From a virus (Duplodnaviria; Caudoviricetes): a stretch of DNA of 64,000 bases. Each line of letters opens with the position of its first letter. Position 1 is the first letter of the stretch. The stretch is from positions 160,001 through 224,000 of IMG/VR virus record IMGVR_UViG_3300032038_000001. The stretch is one strand, 5' to 3'. A program made the position numbers and the translations under genes. A model generated the notes under the pieces. The model did no database searches and was not told the origin of the DNA. It saw only the letters and a list, made by a program, of their open reading frames with translations. Below are positions 29,273 through 40,481 of the stretch, in pieces.

Positions 29273-31132
29273 TTATACATATTTACTATTCATTCTTACA
29301 CGAACTCTTTCAGCTTCAAGAGCTGATTTAATTCTCATGAGCTTATACTTTTCAGCATTATCTCCATTAGAACTTGCATCATTAATCTTTTCATCAGTAA
29401 TTTTGATTTCAGTATCAATATCTCTTACGAGTTGATTACGTATACGGGCATCTTTCTTTTTACTAAAATGACGGCAAATCTGAATAACTGGAATTAATGC
29501 TAAGTTAACTCTTGCAGCACCACCATACAGCGTTGCTAAACGTAAGTTACGTAAAGCTTTTTTCCTAAAACCCGGTTCTGACATATATTTCATACGTCGA
29601 TCATCATCTGCCTTATCTATTTTAGCAATTTGATCTTTTACATCATTCATTACATTTTTAGGAAGTTGAGTAACTGCCTTAGCCGCATTTCTAATTTCTT
29701 GCCCCTTTTGCTTTGCGACAGCACGTGATTTATTCTGTTTCACTTCAGCGTCCATAGCTTTAAATTGAACTTTATTAGCAAGATTCTTAGCCTTAGGTGC
29801 TTCAGGCTTGCTAGATAAAGATCTTATAGGACTACTACTAGTATCATCAGATTTATCGTTCACGCTATTTTTCTCAGACTTGTGCTCAGAGGCATTAGAT
29901 TTTTTTGATGCGTCACCGTCATCATTTATTTCTTTATCCATACTATCAATATCATCATCAGTAACATCTTCGTCATCACCGACAGGTTTTTCAGTAATAA
30001 TACCAGCAAATTCAGCAGTATCATTACACATTTCATTTATAATTCTAAATGCATCTTCAATGCTTGTATTTTCATTAAAGAATGAAAATCCTGTAATAGG
30101 TGCATTAACGTCATCACACATCTGATATTCAGATGTTATTATGTCTCTGACATATTCTAATACTTCCAAACGGATTCCATATCTTTCACGCTTATAATTA
30201 TTATTATCTTCTCTGAATAACTCCTCATCAATTTCATCATCAAAGATATTATTAACTGCTGAATTAGGACTTACATAATATGTTTCAACTGAATTAACTC
30301 TTTCAGTTATAATTTCATCAAGCTGTTCAATTATGTTTTCATTTGCTAATTCTGTGAATACTATTCTATCCATTGCTTTGGGAATATTCGATACTGCTTC
30401 TTGATATGCTTTATCAGCAAATAACTTAGAAACAATAACTGACTCATTTATCCTTGTAGCAGGATCAGTACTATTACCTTCAATTTTAGATATAGCTATT
30501 CCGGAAGCTGAAGAATTCGGAATAGCTTTATTAACAAAAGGAGCATAAGTTAGATTAGTTTCTTTATCTGAATTTCTAAATACAGTATCAAGTTCCTCTT
30601 TAGCTTCCTTGCACTTATTATTGTTATTTTCTTTAAGACCCATCTTATAATCAAATAACGCATTAGAAATCTTATTTGATACTTTATCTTCTATTTCGGG
30701 AGTTTTATCATCAACTCTTTGTGCAATAATAGTAGTATTCTTACACTCGTTCATTTTATTTACAAGCTTATCTCGTAAATCTGTATACATTTTTAGTTGT
30801 GCCGGATCCATATTGTCCCGATTTTCGTCAATATATCTATTAATTTTTTCAAGTTCAACTTCGTACTTTGGGAACATACAAAGTTCTTCATCTCCAGTAA
30901 TAATATCTGAATAAAATTCATAACCATAAAAAGGTTCAGCAAATATCATTCTTGAATTTTCTAATATGAAAGATAAAGGTTGATTCATATATAATTCAGA
31001 ATATTTTTGTGCTGTAGACTCATTAAAATCTTTCTTTAATTCATTATAACCGATAATAAGTCTCTTTTTAGGAGAACCGTTGAGAATCTTATCAGTATCT
31101 AAATATGCCATATAGTTCATTCCTTTCTTCAA
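29273..31132 (-). CDS. probable head structural protein
   Basis: 619-aa ORF in the head module, late promoter 31155-31166. Confidence 0.6.
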   Translation of the reverse strand: MKKGMNYMAYLDTDKILNGSPKKRLIIGYNELKKDFNESTAQKYSELYMNQPLSFILENSRMIFAEPFYGYEFYSDIITGDEELCMFPKYEVELEKINRYIDENRDNMDPAQLKMYTDLRDKLVNKMNECKNTTIIAQRVDDKTPEIEDKVSNKISNALFDYKMGLKENNNNKCKEAKEELDTVFRNSDKETNLTYAPFVNKAIPNSSASGIAISKIEGNSTDPATRINESVIVSKLFADKAYQEAVSNIPKAMDRIVFTELANENIIEQLDEIITERVNSVETYYVSPNSAVNNIFDDEIDEELFREDNNNYKRERYGIRLEVLEYVRDIITSEYQMCDDVNAPITGFSFFNENTSIEDAFRIINEMCNDTAEFAGIITEKPVGDDEDVTDDDIDSMDKEINDDGDASKKSNASEHKSEKNSVNDKSDDTSSSPIRSLSSKPEAPKAKNLANKVQFKAMDAEVKQNKSRAVAKQKGQEIRNAAKAVTQLPKNVMNDVKDQIAKIDKADDDRRMKYMSEPGFRKKALRNLRLATLYGGAARVNLALIPVIQICRHFSKKKDARIRNQLVRDIDTEIKITDEKINDASSNGDNAEKYKLMRIKSALEAERVRVRMNSKYV

Positions 31133-31292
31133 AGATTTTATTATGAAATCAACTTAAATATTTGTTTTCAGTATATGTTTTTCATGAAAAATGTATACTT
31201 ATTTATTCTATTAAATATTATAAGATATGCATCTGAGAGGTACATAAAAGAAGAAGACAAGGAACCTTAGCGCCTTGTCTTCATATTCTTTT

Positions 31293-32072
31293 TTAAAATG
31301 CATCTATTAATATTGATTTTTTCCGTTTATTATTGTTATCTGTAAGAGCTCTTCTTTCAGACTTGTCTTTTGAATCTGCAACTACTTTTGCTGTCAATAA
31401 GTTCAATGCGGCTGTACCAAAACTATCTTTTTGTGCTTTACTAGCTTTTTGACCAGTTGCTTTAATAGCAGTATCCTGTTTTTTAATATGTTCAGCCATT
31501 GTACTCATTTTTTTATTAAACTGCTCTCTATCATTTTCATATGTTTTCTTTTGTTTTTCTAATGTTTCAACGGTTTGTCCAACTTTTCTTCCTAATTTTT
31601 TTAAAGTTTCTCTTGTACTTTTAACCGCATCATTCAACTGATCAAGTTGTCCGTTTGGACCATCTATTTTACTTAATCTACTATTTAATCTTTTAGTTCT
31701 AGACTCTAGATCATCAACGCGAGACTTAGTATCCTTTTGTGAATCGTTCAATTTATTCGTAGCTTTTGTTAATTGAGTAACTCTTCTTTTTAAGTCTTCG
31801 TTGTCATGTTTAAGACCATTTAATGTATCTTTGAGATCATTTACTTGTTGTTCATACATTTTTTTATTAGCATAATTATTAGCTAACCATATTCCTAAAC
31901 CAATACATGCTAAACATAAAACAATGGCTTTTTTAATCATTTTTTGTGTTTGTTTACTATCATTAATTGTTTTTTTTGCTTCATCTATATGCTGTTTTCT
32001 TGTATTGGAAGTACTCTGATTTTGAACCTCCTCAACCATGTAATCAAGATATAAATCTAAATAATCATTCAT
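31293..32072 (-). CDS. coiled-coil protein with one hydrophobic segment and MNDYLDLYLDY leader
   Basis: heptad pattern, AIVLCLACIGLGIWLA. Confidence 0.6.
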   Translation of the reverse strand: MNDYLDLYLDYMVEEVQNQSTSNTRKQHIDEAKKTINDSKQTQKMIKKAIVLCLACIGLGIWLANNYANKKMYEQQVNDLKDTLNGLKHDNEDLKRRVTQLTKATNKLNDSQKDTKSRVDDLESRTKRLNSRLSKIDGPNGQLDQLNDAVKSTRETLKKLGRKVGQTVETLEKQKKTYENDREQFNKKMSTMAEHIKKQDTAIKATGQKASKAQKDSFGTAALNLLTAKVVADSKDKSERRALTDNNNKRKKSILIDAF

Positions 32073-32095
32073 ATCTTTATCTTCCTTTCTATTTT

Positions 32096-33514
32096 TTATC
32101 CTGGCATTCTATCAATTTTATTTTCTAATTTTACTGTTTCTTGTCTTAATTTAAAACAATTCTTCAGAATTTTTTTGCGACACAGATTCAGTTCCTTTGC
32201 AGGATCACCACTTTTTGATGCTTTAACTATTATACTAGTAATTTCTTTTATTGCTAATATTGCAAATGGTGCTGCTAAGGCAATCTTTTCTCGTGTTCTA
32301 TTACCATTCCTATATTTTTCATAAGAATCTTTCCAATCATTTTGAGCTTTATAATAATATTCCGATTCATCGCCATATAACTTTCTAGCTTGATCTAAAG
32401 TTTCATGTTTGGATCTAACGTCCCCACCAAATATTTTTTCATCAGCTTTTGAAAGTTTGTCTGAATACTTGTTTCCAAGTTTAGTTTCTTCGAGGAAAGC
32501 AGTTACTCCTGCAACCACTGCCAGAACTTTAAATGCATCAATAAGTCCTTTTTTCAGTTGGCTCATTACCACACTTAATGTGCTAATATCCATGGTATTT
32601 ACAATTTTTATCACGTCATCTATGTTCTGTTTAGCATATTTAACTTCGTTAATAGCCTCTTTTTTCTTTTTATGTTTTAATGCCACTTTTGCATGACCCA
32701 TATGTTCTTTATATTCATTTAAATTTTTCTTATATAATGCAATCATTTCACGATTAGCAGGTTTTTTTACCTTTTCAGGTTTTTTACTACTCTTATCTTT
32801 TTCACTGCTCTCCTCAACAATGTAATCAAGATATAAATCTAAATAATCATTCATATTTTCATCCTCTTTCTCAATATATTTTTCTTGATAATTAAATTTA
32901 TTATATATTTTATTTTTTACTTTTTTTAGATTAGAAATAGTCACTTTTGGATTATACATGTACATATCCGTACCGGCATTAACTAATGATATATTATTTA
33001 AATCTTTTAATTCCTGAGGTCTATATAAAGATGGAAGTTTTCCTAACGGTACTCCCTGACCTATTACTTCAGCAACAAAACGTGAACAAAAATATTTTCG
33101 ATGACTTTCACTATCTTTATTACGAGCAATATTAGCTAAACCTACAAAATCATATTTAAAATCTTTTTCATGCGATGAAAAATAATTAACACGATCTTTC
33201 ATTTTCTTTATCGCAAATTTATTTACATACATCACATATACTAAATACTTAGTTTGTTTATGCTTATACCAGTCATCAGTAGTTCCTTGATATGTATATC
33301 CAAATAATGAGTGAGGACCTTTTATTTTTTGTGTCCGAGTTGCAAAACTATACATAGGTGATAGCTCTGGATTAAATGATATAAGTGAGTGAGTCCATTC
33401 ATCACCAGTGAAATGCTTTATTGCCATACCTAATGGGTTATCACTATATGTCAGTACAATAAATACAGGATATCTATTTTCATCATTATAATCAGCCTCT
33501 TCATTTATATACAA
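32096..33514 (-). CDS. permuted papain-like NlpC/P60 (YiiX-like) domain fused to a helical head-type protein
   Basis: WTHSLISF ... YDF ... YFCSRFVAEV (His before Cys); internal RBS plus ATG at 32854. Confidence 0.7.
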   Translation of the reverse strand: MYINEEADYNDENRYPVFIVLTYSDNPLGMAIKHFTGDEWTHSLISFNPELSPMYSFATRTQKIKGPHSLFGYTYQGTTDDWYKHKQTKYLVYVMYVNKFAIKKMKDRVNYFSSHEKDFKYDFVGLANIARNKDSESHRKYFCSRFVAEVIGQGVPLGKLPSLYRPQELKDLNNISLVNAGTDMYMYNPKVTISNLKKVKNKIYNKFNYQEKYIEKEDENMNDYLDLYLDYIVEESSEKDKSSKKPEKVKKPANREMIALYKKNLNEYKEHMGHAKVALKHKKKKEAINEVKYAKQNIDDVIKIVNTMDISTLSVVMSQLKKGLIDAFKVLAVVAGVTAFLEETKLGNKYSDKLSKADEKIFGGDVRSKHETLDQARKLYGDESEYYYKAQNDWKDSYEKYRNGNRTREKIALAAPFAILAIKEITSIIVKASKSGDPAKELNLCRKKILKNCFKLRQETVKLENKIDRMPG

Positions 33515-33656
33515 TAAATATTCACCTCACTTACTTGAAGATATGATATTAATGTTATGTTTTATCATATCCGTAAACTAACTTTATTGAAATAAAAAAA
33601 AGAGAGTAGTGAATTTTATTATATCACTACTCTCTTTTTTTATTTATCATTGAAAT

Positions 33657-36047
33657 TTATCCAAATATTTTATAAGCAACAACCTTATCGCCTTTAGGAG
33701 TCTTTATCATTTTTTCTCCTTTTGCAATTCTTGTACTTACTTTAATATCATTTAAATTAATCTCTACTGGTTCAGAGTTCTTTCTGTATACCATAACAAC
33801 ATCATTCTTACTTACAGATGATATTCCTATAAGTGTTTCATTTTTATCAAGCGATATAAGTGATAAAGCTTCATCTTTTCTCTGCATAACAGGGAAATAT
33901 TTTGTTTCAGTTAATTTCACACGACCGCTTGATGTTACATAGAATAAGAGTTTTTTACTAGGATTGATTTTACAAGCGTTCACAACATATTCATCTTCTT
34001 TAAGATTTATCTGTTTAACGCCTTTAGCCTGTTTTCCCAGTGTTTTAATGTCATTAATTGATATACGAATTCCATCACCTAGGTTCGTACAAATTATGCA
34101 ATCTTTACTACTCTTATCAAATGAAAACATTGCTGCTGCAACTTCATCATCAGGATTAAGAGTAATACCCATTTTGTAGTCGGTGATTTTATTAAACTCG
34201 TTTATCGGTACTTTCTTTGCCAAACCGTTCTTGGTAACAAAGATAATACATAAATCATCATCTTTTGATTTCAGTATATCCATGTTTGGTAACTTCATCA
34301 GAGATATTATCTTACCATCTGACGTAAAGTATCTGTTTATCTCAACACCAATATCTTCATACTTCATATCAGGAATAGCTGATACTGATATTTTAGATAC
34401 CCTGCCAGAGCTATCAATAACGAGAATATTCTCCCTATTATTGATTTGCATCACTGACAGATTTCCATTCTCTTTACCAACTAAACCAATACTACTATTA
34501 TCTTTAATAGAAAGCTTCTTTATATATCCACTTTCACTAATACCGATAAGGTGCTCAGTATTTGGTATTTCTTTTTTATCATCATCATTTTCCTTAACTA
34601 CCTTAGACATACGGGGGCGACCCCATTTCTTTATACCCTCTTGTAACTGTCCAATTATGAACTCATCAATCTTACTACTATGCTTAAGCCTATCTTTAAT
34701 ATCTTTTAATTCAGCTTCAAGCTTTTGTTTTTCCTCTTTATAACGATTATAAGAGTCTGCATTAAAATTATAGACATGCATATCTGCTATAGTAGCAGCC
34801 TGAAGAGATGTTATCTTATATCTTTTCATAAGCTTATCAATAGTATCTTTACGTGAAGATGAGTTCTTAGCAATTTTAACAGTAGTTTCAATATTATCTT
34901 TATTGAATACCATTAAAAGAACCTTATTCATATGAAGTTTCTCCATTGTAATCTGAAGATTATTTAAAAACATTGAACGAACTATATCTCTGCGATACTC
35001 AATCCATTCAAGAAGTAAATCTTTAACTCCATACTCATATGCCACATAATCATCAATAACTGTAATTCCAACTGGGTATGTCATTTTAAGACCAGTGTTC
35101 TTCTTATAAAGAGTATTGAGAATCTTATCAGGATTAGCATCAGACTTAAGGAGTATCTGGAATTCAACCTCACCTTCCTTAGTATAATCCTTAATATCAT
35201 ATATTTCAGGAAGTTTTAATGCGATTATTTTATCAATAACCTGCATTGAAGTCATCTGAAGAGGAAGACTGGTAAAAGTAATAATATTATTCTGATAATC
35301 AATATTAGATGTTGCTCTCATTGTCAACTTACTCTTACCAGTCTTATTTATCTCCTTAAAATTACCCTCATCAATTATATCCGCTCCAGTCGGTGAATCA
35401 GGTATAAGAAGAATTTTTGCTTCAGGATCTTTCATCAACTTTATAGTTGCATTCAAAACCTCAGTTACATTAAATGGTGGGATATTTGAAGCTAATGCCC
35501 ATCCTATTCCTGAAATCTGAGGATTGAATAATATATGCGGATATTTTGCAGGAAGATACTCTGGTTCTGGAGATACTCCATCATATGCCATTTTCATAGG
35601 CACGCAATACTTGTCAAAATCATCGAAGAAACAATCAATCATGTATTCTCCAATACAAGCTTCAGCATAACGACCAGCTGCAGCTTGGTCGCCTCTTATA
35701 TTTCCATAAGAACCCTGAGGTACAATGGCCATTACATTATTATTCCAATACTGACCTTCACGCACAATTAAATCTGCCATTGCAGCGTCACCATGTGGAT
35801 GATAAGCCATTGCATTAGAACTGATAGTTCCGGCTTTAATAAACCTAAGTTTCTTAAGTGTATCTTTAGAGGTGTCTTTTGGTCTTTTTTCAGTTAACCA
35901 CCAAGACCAATACAGACGACGTTTACCCGGTTTAATTCCATCTTGTATAGACGGAGTTATTCTATACACATTTTTATTTGCACCAAATAAGCATGAGTAT
36001 TCAAGTGTAGCATCAGCAACATTCTGCTGACTAAGCTTTTCAGACAT
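33657..36047 (-). CDS. gyrA: type IIA topoisomerase subunit A (GyrA/ParC-like) with beta-pinwheel CTD
   Basis: DGIKPGKRR, YHPHGD, AAAGRYAE catalytic Tyr, GIGWALASNIPPFN, C-terminal blade repeats. Confidence 0.92.
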   Translation of the reverse strand: MSEKLSQQNVADATLEYSCLFGANKNVYRITPSIQDGIKPGKRRLYWSWWLTEKRPKDTSKDTLKKLRFIKAGTISSNAMAYHPHGDAAMADLIVREGQYWNNNVMAIVPQGSYGNIRGDQAAAGRYAEACIGEYMIDCFFDDFDKYCVPMKMAYDGVSPEPEYLPAKYPHILFNPQISGIGWALASNIPPFNVTEVLNATIKLMKDPEAKILLIPDSPTGADIIDEGNFKEINKTGKSKLTMRATSNIDYQNNIITFTSLPLQMTSMQVIDKIIALKLPEIYDIKDYTKEGEVEFQILLKSDANPDKILNTLYKKNTGLKMTYPVGITVIDDYVAYEYGVKDLLLEWIEYRRDIVRSMFLNNLQITMEKLHMNKVLLMVFNKDNIETTVKIAKNSSSRKDTIDKLMKRYKITSLQAATIADMHVYNFNADSYNRYKEEKQKLEAELKDIKDRLKHSSKIDEFIIGQLQEGIKKWGRPRMSKVVKENDDDKKEIPNTEHLIGISESGYIKKLSIKDNSSIGLVGKENGNLSVMQINNRENILVIDSSGRVSKISVSAIPDMKYEDIGVEINRYFTSDGKIISLMKLPNMDILKSKDDDLCIIFVTKNGLAKKVPINEFNKITDYKMGITLNPDDEVAAAMFSFDKSSKDCIICTNLGDGIRISINDIKTLGKQAKGVKQINLKEDEYVVNACKINPSKKLLFYVTSSGRVKLTETKYFPVMQRKDEALSLISLDKNETLIGISSVSKNDVVMVYRKNSEPVEINLNDIKVSTRIAKGEKMIKTPKGDKVVAYKIFG

Positions 36048-36063
36048 TACTTATCTCTCCTTT

Positions 36064-38541
36064 TTAATTATCTAAATCATCACGTTTAATCTGATATTTT
36101 TTCATTAGTTCCTTTCGCCGTTCCAAATCTTGTTTTCCAGGACCATGGATCATGTTCATAATTGAAAGTTCTCTTTCAACATCTTCAACCGTAAACTGAA
36201 CAGATACACGGTTATTCATATCAAGAGTTGTACTTCTAAGCTGTTTGCCTGAAAGCTCGCCTAATCCTTTGAATCGGGTTTTTATCTTAAGCGAATATTT
36301 CATGGCATCATCAAGGAATTCTCCTATAGTCATTTCCTTAAGCTCTTTACCTTTTTCCTGAACCTCGAGAATATAACCATATTCTCTAATTACTGGAATA
36401 AGTCCATTATTCTTACGAATAAACCGATTGGAAACATTAATACTGCAGAATTTTCCTTCGACAACTCCGCTTAAAACAGTTTCATCATCGTTAACGATTT
36501 CTGGAAATTTACTCTGAATATTACTCATAAAGACCTTTACAAATTTCTGATTGGAGAAAACTTTTTTAAGGTCATCATAATCTTCTGATGTTCTTACAAT
36601 ATTCAAAAGTACCAGATAAGCTATGATTGCTTCTATGAGATATTTATTTACATTACCCATATCTTTAGCAACTCTTATAAGATTTTCTCTATAATCATAC
36701 GTATCCATTAAGAAATTATAAAGTTCATTCTTATCCATAAATTTCTTTTCTCCTTTAATACGTATCTTATAGTTCTTAACGAGTTTCTTATGATACAACT
36801 CTACCATTTCAGCTTTGTTTGCAACATAGGGATGTTCTTTATCAGCAAGGGCATAGAGAGGTGAGAATACTTTATATATCTTACCAGCCTCAATAAGTGG
36901 TCTATAGTACTTATAAAAGAATGCCAACATACCACTACTAATATAAGCACCATCAATATCAGCATCTGTAAAGATGTTGATTCTATCGTAGTATAGCTTG
37001 TTGGGATCAAATGTTGGTCCAATTCCACATCTCATTACTGTTACCAAGTCATGCAGTTCTTTGTTTTGCATAATCTCTGAAAGAGAGCATTTAAAACTAT
37101 TAGCAACAACACCTCTAAACAAGAAAAATGCCTGAGTATCTGGGTCACATCCATTACGAGCAGAACCTGAAGCCGAGTTTCCCTCTACAAGAAATAACTC
37201 TTTGAATTTCTTACCAGTATTATTAGCTCTTATGAAGTTCTTCATACCATGTTCAACAAAAGAATTTACACGTTCTTTTTTGACAGCAGATTTGACTTTA
37301 CTAGCTTCAACTCTTGCTTTAGCGTTAAGCTTAATAATCTTAATAAATTCATTAAGACAATTCTGGTTTTCACTGAAGAACTTATCAATTTCTCTATTAA
37401 GAATTTCAGCTAAATATGGTATCAGTGTATCAGATCCGATTTTTGTTTTAGCATTACCAACAAATCCTACCTGTGCATTGGTTGAAAGATTGATAACACA
37501 ACAGAGACCAGAACGAATATCATCCCAAAGTATAGGAGTTTTTTCTTTCTGGTTATCAGTCATTGTTGCTTTGACTTTATTCTGCATATAATTACAGAAG
37601 CATCTTTCAAAAGTATCCTGATGAATACCACCATCTATTGTGTTGGTGTAGTTACAATATGTGTCATAGTAAGTTACTGAATCAGGGACATATCTAAGAG
37701 CGACGTCAATATGAATATTTTTCTTAACTATTTCACTCTTTGTATTAACTTTTCCCGTTTCAGGGTCTATGACAGATTTCATAACTTTTTCTTTTATAAC
37801 AGTATCGCCACTGAAGTTACACTTAGGAGAGTATTTAGTATCAGTTGCTATTTTATCAAGGAGTTCATCAAACTTCCTCGGTTTAAAGGTGTATGTTTCT
37901 TTAAGCTTCATACCTTTGAAAACATCTACCTTTATCTTTAATTTCTTTTTACGAATAAAGAAAGTCATTTTCTCTATCCATTCAATCATATCTTTATATG
38001 GAATAACTGTATTCGCACCAAGATATTTTCTTGCTGGAATAAATGAAATCCTCGAACCATGCTGAGGATCAGACTTCTTTAACGGTACTTTTTCATCACT
38101 AATTTTCTCACCATCAGCAAATGTTATTGTATGCTTATATCCTTCATCTTCTCTGAATGAGGTAATGATAAATTTATCAGAAAGTGCGTTGACGACCGTT
38201 AAACCAACGCCGAACTCTCCTGCACTCTCACCACCTTGGTCTCTAAAGAACTTAGAGCCACTCTGGTTCTTAGTACAAAAAATATCAAGAGGATAATCCT
38301 TCTCAGGAAATCCTCTACCATCATCTTCACAAATAAGCATGTCAGATTCTTTATCATAAGATATATAGATATTTGAACCATTTGATTCAGGGTCTATACA
38401 TTCATCGATATTATTCTGTATAATCTCACGTGCTAAATGAAAAGCACCAGCAGGACCATACTTTTGAATATACAGATTTGTTTTAGTTTGAATCTTCTTT
38501 ATATCAGATTCGATATAAAACATTTGTACATCTTTTGCCAT
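36064..38541 (-). CDS. gyrB: type IIA topoisomerase subunit B (GyrB/ParE-like)
   Basis: EIIQNNIDE, DDGRG, GVGLTVVNALS, ELFLVEGNSA, TDADIDG, RFKGLGE. Confidence 0.93.
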   Translation of the reverse strand: MAKDVQMFYIESDIKKIQTKTNLYIQKYGPAGAFHLAREIIQNNIDECIDPESNGSNIYISYDKESDMLICEDDGRGFPEKDYPLDIFCTKNQSGSKFFRDQGGESAGEFGVGLTVVNALSDKFIITSFREDEGYKHTITFADGEKISDEKVPLKKSDPQHGSRISFIPARKYLGANTVIPYKDMIEWIEKMTFFIRKKKLKIKVDVFKGMKLKETYTFKPRKFDELLDKIATDTKYSPKCNFSGDTVIKEKVMKSVIDPETGKVNTKSEIVKKNIHIDVALRYVPDSVTYYDTYCNYTNTIDGGIHQDTFERCFCNYMQNKVKATMTDNQKEKTPILWDDIRSGLCCVINLSTNAQVGFVGNAKTKIGSDTLIPYLAEILNREIDKFFSENQNCLNEFIKIIKLNAKARVEASKVKSAVKKERVNSFVEHGMKNFIRANNTGKKFKELFLVEGNSASGSARNGCDPDTQAFFLFRGVVANSFKCSLSEIMQNKELHDLVTVMRCGIGPTFDPNKLYYDRINIFTDADIDGAYISSGMLAFFYKYYRPLIEAGKIYKVFSPLYALADKEHPYVANKAEMVELYHKKLVKNYKIRIKGEKKFMDKNELYNFLMDTYDYRENLIRVAKDMGNVNKYLIEAIIAYLVLLNIVRTSEDYDDLKKVFSNQKFVKVFMSNIQSKFPEIVNDDETVLSGVVEGKFCSINVSNRFIRKNNGLIPVIREYGYILEVQEKGKELKEMTIGEFLDDAMKYSLKIKTRFKGLGELSGKQLRSTTLDMNNRVSVQFTVEDVERELSIMNMIHGPGKQDLERRKELMKKYQIKRDDLDN

Positions 38542-38732
38542 TTTTATTCACAACCTTTCATCTTAACTATCTTTTTATTGGCATTACATACTTATTTTTT
38601 TGTTTATTATTTAATTATATTTTATCCGTAGAGGTATACGAATAATAAACAAAAAATTAAGATGACGTTAGGAATTTCTTCCTAACGTCATCTTTATGCA
38701 AAAGAGAGTGATTCCCTCTCAAAGGGACATTA

Positions 38733-39212
38733 TTAATCAGTTCCCCATGAACCGAATTGCGATGATCCGCCACCGTTTTCATGGTTCTTGTTCTTCTTTC
38801 TACCGCCAAGCTTGCTTGACTTAACGGCAACATTACGTACTTTCTTGTACGCTTTCTTACTGTTCTTTAAAGCAACCGATGTACCTGAGAACAGCTCTGC
38901 TGCATCATCGGCTCCAATTGCGACCGACATAAATTTTGCCTGGTCGATGACCTTATTGATATCATCGAATATCTTTGTTAGGTCGTCATCCTTGTACGGT
39001 GACGCACTAAACTTAGCACCACACATTGTGCAGGTACAAGTTCCATCACCTGCATTATAAATTGTAGGCTTCTTCTTACCCTTTTTGTTGAAACGCCAGT
39101 GTTCACACTTAGCTTTCAACTCTTTGGTTTCTTTCTTATTCTTTCCCTTGAGTTTTCCCTTTTTTGTCACGTTAGCTGATATCAGCCTTAAAGTGCTTTC
39201 TTTCTTTGCCAT
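38733..39212 (-). CDS. basic zinc-finger protein
   Basis: CEH..CTCTMCG, Lys-rich; early-like motif 39281-39289. Confidence 0.6.
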   Translation of the reverse strand: MAKKESTLRLISANVTKKGKLKGKNKKETKELKAKCEHWRFNKKGKKKPTIYNAGDGTCTCTMCGAKFSASPYKDDDLTKIFDDINKVIDQAKFMSVAIGADDAAELFSGTSVALKNSKKAYKKVRNVAVKSSKLGGRKKNKNHENGGGSSQFGSWGTD

Positions 39213-39315
39213 GATTAAATCATCCTTTCAGAATTTATTGATGTATTTTTCAAGTCATTTATGACTTCTTATACTTAAATATAATATATAATCAAATCAC
39301 TAATTTGAGTTTTGA

Positions 39316-40386
39316 TTATCTTCTTGAATAGCTCTTACCTGTACTGATATCAAGAGCTATAACATTTCTTATGCCATACTTCTTAAGAAGCTCAATAGGA
39401 ATATCAACGTCAATAGTTGTTATTGCCGATATATGGTCTTTTTCAAGACTTGCAAGATAAGTATCAAGAATACGTTCATTTTCTTCATCAGTCTCACCAG
39501 TAAGAGAAGTAATCTCATATTTAAGTTTTGTATCCTTAAATCTTTCAAAGAGATAATCATCAACCTCACTATTATATGATGAAGGTCTATCATTATCAGT
39601 AGGATCGATAGTTACCGTATTTGCAGGTATTTGTTGACCCTTGGCTTCTACCATACCATTTTCATCCGCCTTACAGATAAACACCTGAGTTAGCATTGAA
39701 TTTTCATCGGGTCTTATTCTTATCTTGAGACTTCCCTTATACTTGTTATTGAGAGACTTAAGTTTTGCAACCGCATTACTATCAGCGTCATCAATTCTGA
39801 AATCAGGATTGCCATTACCGTCAATAATAATTGATGCAGTCTTATAAACCTTTGATTCAGTATCGAAGAAACTAATCTTAAATACTGTATCGGTTTCAGC
39901 GAACATATGGGCCATACTATCTACTACAGCAACACATCCAGTATACTTGTCTGTTTTACCAAAACTTGAAAGTATCGGATAATCTGTAGCATAAGTAAGA
40001 ATCTTATATCTAGGCTGTTCTACAGCAATATATACAATGTGATACTCAGATGCTTCAGCATCCTTGGGAACAAAGTTTGTAAACAGCATCGGCTTAAGAT
40101 TTTTTCTGTTATTTACAAACTTATATGCCTTGTCGGCATTCTTATAAAGTTTATACTGTTCAACTGAAAAAGGAATAGAAACATCATTCCTTTCACTTAC
40201 CTCAAAATCCTTGATAAATGACTTAATATCAGGTTTTCTGAGCATTTGCAGTGAGTTTACATTACTCTTTATCTGCAACTTCTGTCTTATATCAGGAAAC
40301 TCAAAAAATTTGTTTCCATATTTATCATATGTTACATCAAGGTTCCTATCTTCGGATATAGTTCCGATTGTAAATTTGTAAATCAT
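39316..40386 (-). CDS. hypothetical protein
   Basis: 356-aa ORF with AAGGAG RBS. Confidence 0.7.
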   Translation of the reverse strand: MIYKFTIGTISEDRNLDVTYDKYGNKFFEFPDIRQKLQIKSNVNSLQMLRKPDIKSFIKDFEVSERNDVSIPFSVEQYKLYKNADKAYKFVNNRKNLKPMLFTNFVPKDAEASEYHIVYIAVEQPRYKILTYATDYPILSSFGKTDKYTGCVAVVDSMAHMFAETDTVFKISFFDTESKVYKTASIIIDGNGNPDFRIDDADSNAVAKLKSLNNKYKGSLKIRIRPDENSMLTQVFICKADENGMVEAKGQQIPANTVTIDPTDNDRPSSYNSEVDDYLFERFKDTKLKYEITSLTGETDEENERILDTYLASLEKDHISAITTIDVDIPIELLKKYGIRNVIALDISTGKSYSRR

Positions 40387-40481
40387 TGTAGATTCTCTCC
40401 TTTTATTTTTAAAAAATAAACTAACCCCGAAACTTAATCCGGGGCTAGTTTTTAATTTACAGTTAGTACTAAAATAGCTTT

